From positions 192,001 to 256,000 of the forward strand of contig CBDCYI010000009.1 in NCBI GenBank assembly GCA_965224085.1: a DNA stretch of 64,000 nucleotides. The letters run 5' to 3'. The translations under genes and the position numbers were made by a program. Positions 9,513 through 17,580 of this stretch are shown piece after piece. The stretch is from Candidatus Marinacidobacterales bacterium (GTDB lineage Bacteria; Acidobacteriota; Vicinamibacteria; Marinacidobacterales; SMYC01). The notes beneath the pieces were generated by a model. The model ran no database searches, was not told where the DNA came from, and saw nothing but the letters and a program-made list of their open reading frames with translations. Every line of letters begins with the position of its first letter. The first letter of the stretch is position 1.

Positions 9513-10244
9513 TCACACTTCCTCTTCTAGACCGAAAAGCCCCGGATCGAGTTTGTCTCGGAGGGACTTGCGCGCCCGCGCGAGACGAGACTTGACCGTA
9601 CCGAGCGGCAGATCGAGCGTCGCCCCGATCTCCTCGTAGGACAAGCCCTCGATTTCTTTGAGAAGCAGGATCGTTCGGTGGCTGAACGGCAGCCCGTCAA
9701 TGGCACGCATCAAAAGCTGACTTTCCTCTTTCCGCTCCAAGGCCTTGTCGGGGGCCATCGCGAGCCCGTCCTCGAGTGCTATGAGATCGCAAGTCGGATT
9801 GGCCTCGGCATCATCCAGGCTTATCGCCGTCATCTCGCCAAAACGACGCATCCACCATCTTTGGCGATTCTTCGCTCGATTAATAACAATGCGATAAATC
9901 CAGGTGCGGAGAGAAGCGTCTCGCCGGAAGCTTACGAGCTTGCGGTAGACCTGGAGAAAGACTTCCTGAGTCATGTCGGCCGACTCGTCGTAGCTCCCGA
10001 GCAAGCGGTAGGACAGATTGAAGACCATGTCCTGATAGCGCTGGACGAGCTCATCGAAGGCACTGTCATCACCCGCGAGACAACGCTCGATGAGCGCCGA
10101 CTCATCGCCCGACCACGCCCGTTCTCCGGGGGCGTCGTAGTCGAGATCGAGGAGCTCATGGACAGATAGTGCCGACGTTTCGTTTTGCATAAGTCGTACC
10201 AAGGGCCGGCGTATCATGACGGAATCTCCCGCGTATCGTACCAC
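9513..10244 (-). CDS. ECF RNA polymerase sigma factor (true start may be further downstream)
   Basis: AFDELVQRY, DMTQEVFLQVY, TWIYRIVIN, EGLSYEEIG..LPLGTVKSRLARAR. Confidence 0.95.
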   Translation of the reverse strand: MVRYAGDSVMIRRPLVRLMQNETSALSVHELLDLDYDAPGERAWSGDESALIERCLAGDDSAFDELVQRYQDMVFNLSYRLLGSYDESADMTQEVFLQVYRKLVSFRRDASLRTWIYRIVINRAKNRQRWWMRRFGEMTAISLDDAEANPTCDLIALEDGLAMAPDKALERKEESQLLMRAIDGLPFSHRTILLLKEIEGLSYEEIGATLDLPLGTVKSRLARARKSLRDKLDPGLFGLEEEV

Positions 10245-10390
10245 ACGGGCGTCTTAGCCTTTCGGACCTGATAATGTATTGGACACCGGCAGCCCCCATT
10301 GTGTTCCCTGTTCGTTGACCCATCCACTGAGGATTTGCTAACCTTCTGTTGGGAATATATTTACGTTGAAGTTTCTGCACCTGCCAGGCC

Positions 10391-11779
10391 GTGATGCGTA
10401 GGTGGTTCCTGCTGCTCCTTGCAGGGAGCGTACTTCTGGGAGCCGCTTCTTTCAGCTATCGCGTGCTCGGCCGCGACTACCGTTATTTTCAGCTCGTGAA
10501 GCTCGGCGACGAGCTCCTCAAAGAACGCCTCCCTTTCCAGGCCAGCCGAACCTACGGCTCTGCCATGGCGATCAAGCCCAAAGAAGCGATCGCCTACATC
10601 AAAAGAGCCGAAGCAGAGCAGCGCCAAGGCAATTTATCGCCTGCCATCGCCGATCTCGAGCACGCGGCGCAACTGTCCGCAGACGTCCGTCTCGTCTCGT
10701 TACGGCTCGCAGAACTTTACTACGAGGTCGAGAAATTCGATGAGGCAGGCGCGCAATACGAGAGAGCTCTCGAGCTCGATCCGTCCGAAGCGGATGTACT
10801 GTACAAGCTCGCGCTCGTGCGTTTTCGCGGCGGGCGCGAAGCGCAAGCACTCGGCGCTTTGAACCGCGCTGCGGCTCTGCGTAACGGTTTTTGGGAAGCG
10901 TATTTTCTGCGAGGCGCTGTGTTCCAAGCACTCGGCGGCCTCGACGAGGCCGAAGCGGACTTTCTCACCGCACTCGGGCTCCGGCCCGAGGCTAAACGGG
11001 CGCGCACGGCTCTCATAGAGCTCTACATCAAAAACGGTAACGCCGACAAGGCCTTTCCTTTGGTAAGGGACGAGATCGACGCCAATCCGGAAGCTCCCGA
11101 GCCCTATCTTCACCTCGCCGACGTCCACGCCATCGCTGGCCGCAACACGGAAGCCATCGAGGCCGTGCGGCTCGCTTTGGAGCAAAATCCGAACCTTCCT
11201 GTCGCTTACTTGAGGCTCGGCGAGCTTTGGCTCGAAGCAGCGACGATCGGTGCGGATCCGGTGGCAGCGGACAGGGCGGTCGCGGCGCTCGAGTCGGTGG
11301 TCAAGATGGATCCGTCAAATGGACACGCCGCGCTGACTCTCGGTCAGGCCTATCTTGCAATGGACGACGAAGCCCGCGGTTTTGCCGAGCTAAAGCGCGC
11401 CACGCAAATAACCCCAATCCCGGCGGAAGCGCATCGCCTGCTCGGTGACCTGTACCGGGCACGCAAGAACCACGCGGCGGCGGTGACCGCCTATCACGTG
11501 TATCTGAAGTTGCGCGGCGATACGCCGCCGGTGCTCGAGCGGCTCGGAGACACGTATGTCGAGCTCGACAATCCAAGCATGGCCGCCGAGACCTATTTGA
11601 AGCTCGCATCCCTCGAGCCCGGTCGTGTTACACCGCTCGTGAAAGCTGCGCGTTCTCAGTTGGCCTCCGGGGACCCCGGCGCCGCCGCCAGGACGTGTCG
11701 CCGCGGGCTTGCAACCAATCCCGAAAACCAAGCGCTTCTGCGATTGCTATCGGAAGCGACCCGACGGGCTTCTTCATGA
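10391..11779 (+). CDS. tetratricopeptide repeat protein with N-terminal anchor
   Basis: Multiple TPR units ([18 protein letters not shown]) and a hydrophobic N-terminus. Confidence 0.88.
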   Translation: MMRRWFLLLLAGSVLLGAASFSYRVLGRDYRYFQLVKLGDELLKERLPFQASRTYGSAMAIKPKEAIAYIKRAEAEQRQGNLSPAIADLEHAAQLSADVRLVSLRLAELYYEVEKFDEAGAQYERALELDPSEADVLYKLALVRFRGGREAQALGALNRAAALRNGFWEAYFLRGAVFQALGGLDEAEADFLTALGLRPEAKRARTALIELYIKNGNADKAFPLVRDEIDANPEAPEPYLHLADVHAIAGRNTEAIEAVRLALEQNPNLPVAYLRLGELWLEAATIGADPVAADRAVAALESVVKMDPSNGHAALTLGQAYLAMDDEARGFAELKRATQITPIPAEAHRLLGDLYRARKNHAAAVTAYHVYLKLRGDTPPVLERLGDTYVELDNPSMAAETYLKLASLEPGRVTPLVKAARSQLASGDPGAAARTCRRGLATNPENQALLRLLSEATRRASS

Positions 11780-12480
11780 GCGAGCTTCTCGCGGTCTTCG
11801 CGCGCGCGCCAGAGCTCGGCCGCGTGAAGACCCGGCTCTGCCCTCCGCTCACGAGCGAGGAAGCTCTCGAGCTCCATACCGCGCTCGTTGCCGATAGCCT
11901 CGATCATTTCGGGCGCGTCGAGCGTCCTGGGCTCGAGCGCGCGCTACTTTTGAGCCAGCCGCTTCTCGACCCGCAGGATTTGAGCGTCCCGGAGGGTTGG
12001 ACCGTCTCCATCCAGTCCGATGGCGACCTCGGCGAGCGGCTCGCGAGTCTTTTCCAAAGCGCGTTTCGAAGTAACGTCACGCGACTCGTTGTTGTCGGAA
12101 GCGATAGTCCGACACTTCCGCGCGCCGTCATCCACGACGCGTTCGACGATTTGGAGCGGCGGAAGGTCGTCGTGGGTCCCGCAGAAGATGGAGGCTACTA
12201 CCTTCTCGGCGCAAGTGCTTGGATCCCCGAACTGTTCCAAAATATCGACTGGGGTACGGGGGAGGTTCTCTCCCAAACGACCGCCGTTCTCACTGGGAAA
12301 AAGCTCGACTTCGCGACGCTCATCCCTTGGTATGACATCGATCGAGGCAAAGATCTGGAAAAGCTCCGCGGGGAGATCGGCTATTTAAAGCGATCCGCAC
12401 CGGACCTCGTGCCCGCGCGTGTGGCAGCGGCGCTCCCCAGCTCGGATGCACCCGAGTTCACGCTCGACCGAGATTTCTAA
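11776..12480 (+). CDS. TIGR04282/DUF2064 family glycosyltransferase (CofC-related fold)
   Basis: FARAPELGRVKTRL, QSDGDLGERL, VGSDSPTL, GPAEDGGYYLLG, WYDID; ATGA overlap with the TPR gene. Confidence 0.9.
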   Translation: MSELLAVFARAPELGRVKTRLCPPLTSEEALELHTALVADSLDHFGRVERPGLERALLLSQPLLDPQDLSVPEGWTVSIQSDGDLGERLASLFQSAFRSNVTRLVVVGSDSPTLPRAVIHDAFDDLERRKVVVGPAEDGGYYLLGASAWIPELFQNIDWGTGEVLSQTTAVLTGKKLDFATLIPWYDIDRGKDLEKLRGEIGYLKRSAPDLVPARVAAALPSSDAPEFTLDRDF

Positions 12481-12517
12481 TCCCAGAAACGCCGTCGCGT
12501 TACGCTTTTTGTTAATT

Positions 12518-15500
12518 CTATTTTTCGAGGCGCAGCGGTCCTCGAGTTTCGAGTTGCTCGTTGAGGGATGGAAGCGCTTCGTCGACGATCGCGTTCAACG
12601 CGGCGATGGCTTTGTCCGCCTCGGTCATGAGCTCGGCAAGACGATTTCGCTGCGTAGAAGTGGGTGCGTGCAGCGTGCCTTGCCGCACGGCGTCCCCGCT
12701 CAGCTCGCCGAATAGGCGTGACGTGCGCGCTAGAAGATTCGGATTGCGAAAGCTCGGTCGTCCACCGCCAATCGGTTTTCGCGCCTCGGCGAGCTCGATC
12801 GCGAAACGCTCAAGCGCCTCTCGCAACGCCGCGTCCTCCGGCTCCTCAAAAAGTCCCTTCAGTTTTGCGATCGTGTCTGACAGTTTCTGTGCCCGTGCTA
12901 CCTCACCACCAAGACGCTCCCGGAGCGCGTTGCCCTCCTTTTGAAATTGGAATCGCTCGTCGAGCTCGCCATCATAGAAATCGTCATCGCCATCGAATCG
13001 CGGATCGAGCCCAACCGTAAAGCTCGCTCGTCGCGGGCCCGTCGCGGTGCCTAGCTCAGCGACATAGCGTCCGGTCGGGACGAGCGCGCCTTGGCCTCGC
13101 GGCACGTCTTTCGGTGCACGCGTTCTCAAATCCCAGGCGACGCGGTGAAATCCCTCGCCGCCTCCGCCCTCGAGCACACGCATCGTCACACCGTTCGCAT
13201 CCTCGACCGTAATCTCGACGGGACCGTCGACCGCGTTCGGTAAGTAATAGCTCAAAAGCGCACCGAATTCAGGGTTGTGTCCGATGAACTGGGCTTGGGC
13301 TCCGTAGCTTTCGTGCTTCCAAGGAAGGAAGATGGTTGCGTCACGAGGCTCGAACATTTCCGGCGAGGTGGTTTGAACGTCGTGTTGCTCGAGGGGCGTG
13401 AGGTCATCCAGGAGGTAGATCGAGCGGCCATGAGTGCCGACGACCAGGTCGTTGTCGCGGGGATGAATTACGAGATCGTCTACCGGTACCGTCGGAAAGC
13501 CGCCCTCCATCCGCGTCCAGCTCGCACCTCCATCCATCGTCACGAACAACCCGGTCTCCGTTCCCGCAAATAGAAGATCCGAGTTCCGCGGATGCTCGAT
13601 AACGACGTTCACCCAGCCGGCTTTTTGTGGGAAGGCTGTGTCCAGGCGGCGCCAACCGCGCCCGAAGTCATCGGTCACGAAGATATGCGGTTCGAAATCA
13701 CCCAGGTGATGGCGGTCGAAGCTCACGTAGGCGCGGCTTGCCGAACTCGCGGAAGCCTGAACGCGACTCACTTTGGCGCGCATCGGGTCGAAGCTTCCGA
13801 AGTTGCCTTCGAGGCTTTCCCAGTTCTCACCTCCATCGCGCGTGAGTTGGATTCTTCCATCATCCGTCCCGACGTAGAGCGTGCCCGGGGCCGCGGTTGA
13901 CTCCGAGACGGTCGTGATCGTGCCCCACGCCCCGACACCGTCGTGACGCGAGAGCATGCCCTCGTCCGGCAGGACGCCCATGATGGCAAGCTCACCGCGG
14001 TCCTCGTTGCGCGTCAGGTCTTCGGTCGCACGCCAGCTCTCGCCTCGATCGTTTGAGATAAACAAACGGTTGCCGCCTAGGTAAATCGTTTTGGCATCGT
14101 GCGGCGAGATCAAGATCGGTGACGTCCAATGGAAGCGATAGCGAGAGCCGGCTTGTTCGGGGTACGGCTTGATAGTCTTTCGGTCGCCGCTCCTTCGATC
14201 GAGCCGCACGATGTTGCCGCCTTGCGACTCGGTATAAACGATCGAGGAGTCTGTCGGATCCACTTGCTGGTACATCCCATCGCCAAAATTGGTTTGACGC
14301 CAGTCGCTGTTCAGGATTCCGATGCGGTTTCGTGTGGCGCTCGGCCCCATCCAGGAATGGGTGTCCTGAGCCCCGGCGTAGATATTGTAGGGCTCGTCCA
14401 TGTCCACCGCGATCCCGTAGAACTGTCCGAGCGGAATGTTGTTCACTTTTAGCCAGTGGACGGCGCGGTCCCAAGACAAATAGAGCCCACCGTCGCCTCC
14501 GAGAACGAGATGTTTCGGGTCTTTCGGGTCGATCCAGAGTGCATGGTGATCGCCATGGACGCCGACGTCATAGCTCGGCGTCATGTCTCGATTCGTCTCG
14601 AAGCTCGCGCCGCCGTCCTCAGACATGTAGAAAGACGAGCCGAGCACGTAGACGCGGTCCGAGTCGGTGGGGTCGATAAAGATCTTGCTGTAGTACATCG
14701 GGCGCGGATTGAGCTCGTTGACTTTCTCCCAGCGCTCGCCGCGATTCGTCGTGCGATAGACGCCCGCCTCGGTCGCGTGTTCAATGAGAGCAAATAAGAT
14801 TCTCGAATCGCTGCGATAAATGGCCACGCCGATGCGGCCGAGGTCTCCTTCAGGCAGACCGTCGTCGAGACGTTTCCAGTGATCCCCTCCGTCGGTCGTC
14901 TTGTACAGGCCGCTTCCGGGGCCGCCACCGTTGAACCCCCACGGCTTCCGCCGCCTTTGATACGCCGCCGCGTATAGTACGTCCGGGTTTTGAGGATCCA
15001 TCGCGAGAGTCGTCACCCCCGTGTCTTCATCGATGAAGAGAACCTTTTCCCAGCTGCGGCCGCCGTCGACCGTACGGAAGACGCCGCGCTCTTCGCTGCT
15101 GTTCCATAGGGCTCCGCCAGCAGCGACATAGACACGATCGGGCCGGCTCGGGTGTAGCGCGATCTTACCGATGTGTTCGGTGGCTTCGAGGCCAACATGC
15201 TCGAAGCTCTCGCCTCCATCGTCCGATCTGTAGACACCATCGCCGAAGCTCGAGCTTTGACGGTTGTTCGGCTCGCCGGTACCGACCCAGACGACATCGG
15301 GATCGGAGTGGGATAGCGCGACGTCACCAATCGAGGACGTATGGTGGCCATCGAAGAGCGACGTCCACGTCGTCCCCATGTTGGTGCTCTTCCACAGACC
15401 GCCGGACGCCGTTCCGACATAGATGATGGAGGGCTCATCTTCGACGACCGCCACAGCGTCGATGCGACCACCCATCACTGCCGGTCCGATCGAACGAAAC

Positions 15501-15604
15501 TTCAACGCGGATGTGCTGTCATCCGTGTACGCAGTCGCACAGCACTGGCTCAACAGGATCGTGAGCGCGAGCGAGCATCGATTAGTCCCATAGCGCTTAG
15601 TCAT
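12518..15604 (-). CDS. VPS10/sortilin-like BNR-repeat glycosyl hydrolase
   Basis: FRSIGPAVMGGRI, many SxDGGxxW Asp-box repeats, HGDHHALWIDP, DLVVGTHGRS. Confidence 0.9.
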   Translation of the reverse strand: MTKRYGTNRCSLALTILLSQCCATAYTDDSTSALKFRSIGPAVMGGRIDAVAVVEDEPSIIYVGTASGGLWKSTNMGTTWTSLFDGHHTSSIGDVALSHSDPDVVWVGTGEPNNRQSSSFGDGVYRSDDGGESFEHVGLEATEHIGKIALHPSRPDRVYVAAGGALWNSSEERGVFRTVDGGRSWEKVLFIDEDTGVTTLAMDPQNPDVLYAAAYQRRRKPWGFNGGGPGSGLYKTTDGGDHWKRLDDGLPEGDLGRIGVAIYRSDSRILFALIEHATEAGVYRTTNRGERWEKVNELNPRPMYYSKIFIDPTDSDRVYVLGSSFYMSEDGGASFETNRDMTPSYDVGVHGDHHALWIDPKDPKHLVLGGDGGLYLSWDRAVHWLKVNNIPLGQFYGIAVDMDEPYNIYAGAQDTHSWMGPSATRNRIGILNSDWRQTNFGDGMYQQVDPTDSSIVYTESQGGNIVRLDRRSGDRKTIKPYPEQAGSRYRFHWTSPILISPHDAKTIYLGGNRLFISNDRGESWRATEDLTRNEDRGELAIMGVLPDEGMLSRHDGVGAWGTITTVSESTAAPGTLYVGTDDGRIQLTRDGGENWESLEGNFGSFDPMRAKVSRVQASASSASRAYVSFDRHHLGDFEPHIFVTDDFGRGWRRLDTAFPQKAGWVNVVIEHPRNSDLLFAGTETGLFVTMDGGASWTRMEGGFPTVPVDDLVIHPRDNDLVVGTHGRSIYLLDDLTPLEQHDVQTTSPEMFEPRDATIFLPWKHESYGAQAQFIGHNPEFGALLSYYLPNAVDGPVEITVEDANGVTMRVLEGGGGEGFHRVAWDLRTRAPKDVPRGQGALVPTGRYVAELGTATGPRRASFTVGLDPRFDGDDDFYDGELDERFQFQKEGNALRERLGGEVARAQKLSDTIAKLKGLFEEPEDAALREALERFAIELAEARKPIGGGRPSFRNPNLLARTSRLFGELSGDAVRQGTLHAPTSTQRNRLAELMTEADKAIAALNAIVDEALPSLNEQLETRGPLRLEK

Positions 15605-15710
15605 GACCGGCCGTCCCTTCACCAAGGGGTGAGATGTTCCCTTTGTGACGAGACGAAGTCAAGGTGATTCCACGACCGATCGGGCCCAATAGAGTCTGTC
15701 AAAAAGACGC

Positions 15711-15739
15711 TTGACCTCGATAAGGTTTTGACGTATTTT
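15711..15739 (+). promoter_or_regulatory. sigma70-type promoter pointing into a non-coding structured element
   Basis: TTGACC-17 nt-TATTTT; predicted TSS 15745/15746. Confidence 0.5.
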
Positions 15740-15744
15740 CCTAC

Positions 15745-15876
15745 AGCAGCCAACAGGCGATTGCGTTTGGCCACGGCTGGTTTTGAGGTGCCGTCTTTGA
15801 GCGGCGGGGGCGGCGAATGGGGGGAGCCCGTGCGCCAGGGTCCTTCTTTGTGTTGGGAATCGCTGTCCCCGCTGCT
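15745..15876 (+). ncRNA. candidate small RNA A (closed rod-like structure)
   Basis: Ends pair (AGCAGC/GCTGCT; ACAGGCGATT/AATCGCTGT), inner stem TGGCCACGGCT/AGCCCGTGCGCCA; starts at the predicted TSS. Confidence 0.5.
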
Positions 15877-15899
15877 CCAATCGCTTCAGGCTTCAAAGC

Positions 15900-16832
15900 T
15901 CAGGCTTCGCTCGAAACACCCAAGCGCTTGAGTTTTCGGTAGAGTCCCTGGCGCGACAGCCCTAGCGCCCGCGCGGTCCGGGTGCGATTGCCCCCATGCG
16001 CGGCCAACGATTCCGCTAGAAATCGCTTCTCGAACGCCAGAGATGCCGCTCCGAAAGCACGGCCACCGCTCGACTCAGCGTTCAGAAACGACAAGTGCTC
16101 CACGCCGATTGCGTCCGCCTCTTGAGCCCGCACGAGCGCCTGCACGACCTCGTTCTGGAGCTCGCGTACGTTGCCTGGCCAGCCATATTGTCCGAGGCGT
16201 CGCTCCGCATCTCGAGTAAACGGGCGTGGCGCGAGACCGAGCATGCGGCTTTGAGTCCGAAGGCAAAGCCCCGCGAGTGGAAGAATGTCCGCGGGGCGAT
16301 CGCGGAGCGCGGGAAGCTCGACATGAACGACTTTCAAACGAAATAAGAGGTCCTGTCGAAACCGCCCCGCATCCACCTCTCCGGAGAGATTCTTGTGGCT
16401 CGCCGAGATCAAGCGAAAATCCGAGCGACGCAGCCCGACCTCGCCCAGCCGCCGATATTCTTTTTCCTGAAGCGCGCGCAAGAGCGCGGTCTGCGCTCGT
16501 GTCGGAAGGTCCGCCACTTCGTCGAGAAAGAGCGTTCCACCATCCGCATGTGCGACGAGGCCCTCCCTGGCCTGAGCCGCGCCCGTGAACGCGCCGCGGG
16601 TGTGTCCAAAGAGCTCCGCCTCGACGAGTCCATCTGGAAGGGATGCGCAATTGACCGCGACGAAATTCCGGTTCGCCCGGGAGCTCTTCTCGTGCACCCA
16701 ACGCGCAACGAGCTCTTTGCCTGTTCCACTCTCTCCCCCAATATGTATCGGCAACGCGTCGAAAGCCGCAAACGATTCGAGCTTGCGCAGCACGGCGCGC
16801 ATGAGTCCACTCTCCACGATCAACTTCGTCAT
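15900..16832 (-). CDS. sigma54-dependent transcriptional activator (AAA+ and Fis HTH, no sensor domain)
   Basis: GESGTGKE, ELFGHTRGAFTGA, GGTLFLDE, WPGNVREL, GNRTRTARALGLSRQGLYRK. Confidence 0.93.
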   Translation of the reverse strand: MTKLIVESGLMRAVLRKLESFAAFDALPIHIGGESGTGKELVARWVHEKSSRANRNFVAVNCASLPDGLVEAELFGHTRGAFTGAAQAREGLVAHADGGTLFLDEVADLPTRAQTALLRALQEKEYRRLGEVGLRRSDFRLISASHKNLSGEVDAGRFRQDLLFRLKVVHVELPALRDRPADILPLAGLCLRTQSRMLGLAPRPFTRDAERRLGQYGWPGNVRELQNEVVQALVRAQEADAIGVEHLSFLNAESSGGRAFGAASLAFEKRFLAESLAAHGGNRTRTARALGLSRQGLYRKLKRLGVSSEA

Positions 16833-16905
16833 CTGGAACGCTCCCCCTTTCGAGCTTCGACCCCATACCCATTCTTAAAGGACGATATCGGAGGGAAGAA
16901 CCTCC

Positions 16906-17580
16906 CTAGAGGTCGAGGATTTTCTTCGGCGCGTCCAAAAGGAAGTCGGGGGACGCTTTTGCGAGCTCATCGCGCTTAAAGGGACCCCACAAAACACCGG
17001 CCGTCTTGACCCCGGCTCCGCGCCCCGACGCGACGTCGTGCGGCGAATCACCGATGAAGATCGACCTCGACGGACTCGCTCCGAGACGCTCGAGGGCCGT
17101 TTCGACGGGCTCCGGGTGCGGTTTCGGGCGATCGACCTCATCGGCCGTCACGACAACGTCGAATAAATCGATGAGCCCCAGAAGTTTCAACCCACGCTCC
17201 GCTCCGGCGCGGAGCTTACTGGTGACAACCCCGAGCTGCGCCCGGCTACGAAGACCGTGCAAGACTTCCTCGACATCCGGGTAGACACTAACGCTCGAGT
17301 CGTGATGTTCGTGATGAAATTCCCGGTAAGTCACGACCATTGTTTCGATGAGATCTACATCCGACGTCACCGCGCGAAACTGCGCCCTGAGCGGCGTGCC
17401 GAGCCCGTCCCGCCACACGGAGTCCGGAGGTTGCTCGGCAAGGTGGGTCGCGGCCGAATGCCGATAGCAGCGAAAGATCAGATCGATGGAATCGATGAGC
17501 GTCCCGTCGAGATCGAAGAGGAACGTATCGAGGCACTCCGGCTCGAGGTCGCCGCTCAAGAGCGGAGCTCCGCCGCACAA
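16906..17580 (-). CDS. HAD-superfamily hydrolase (PpaX/Gph-like)
   Basis: FDLDGTLIDS, VVTSK, KPHPEP, IGDSPHD. Confidence 0.9.
   Translation of the reverse strand: MCGGAPLLSGDLEPECLDTFLFDLDGTLIDSIDLIFRCYRHSAATHLAEQPPDSVWRDGLGTPLRAQFRAVTSDVDLIETMVVTYREFHHEHHDSSVSVYPDVEEVLHGLRSRAQLGVVTSKLRAGAERGLKLLGLIDLFDVVVTADEVDRPKPHPEPVETALERLGASPSRSIFIGDSPHDVASGRGAGVKTAGVLWGPFKRDELAKASPDFLLDAPKKILDL

Noticed and set aside
15745-15876. 6S RNA or SRP RNA identity for candidates A and B
   Set aside because: Both are shorter than typical 6S RNA, lack the zapA/ygfA context, and lack the SRP CAGG..GRAA..AGCA motif. An Rfam scan is needed to exclude this formally.
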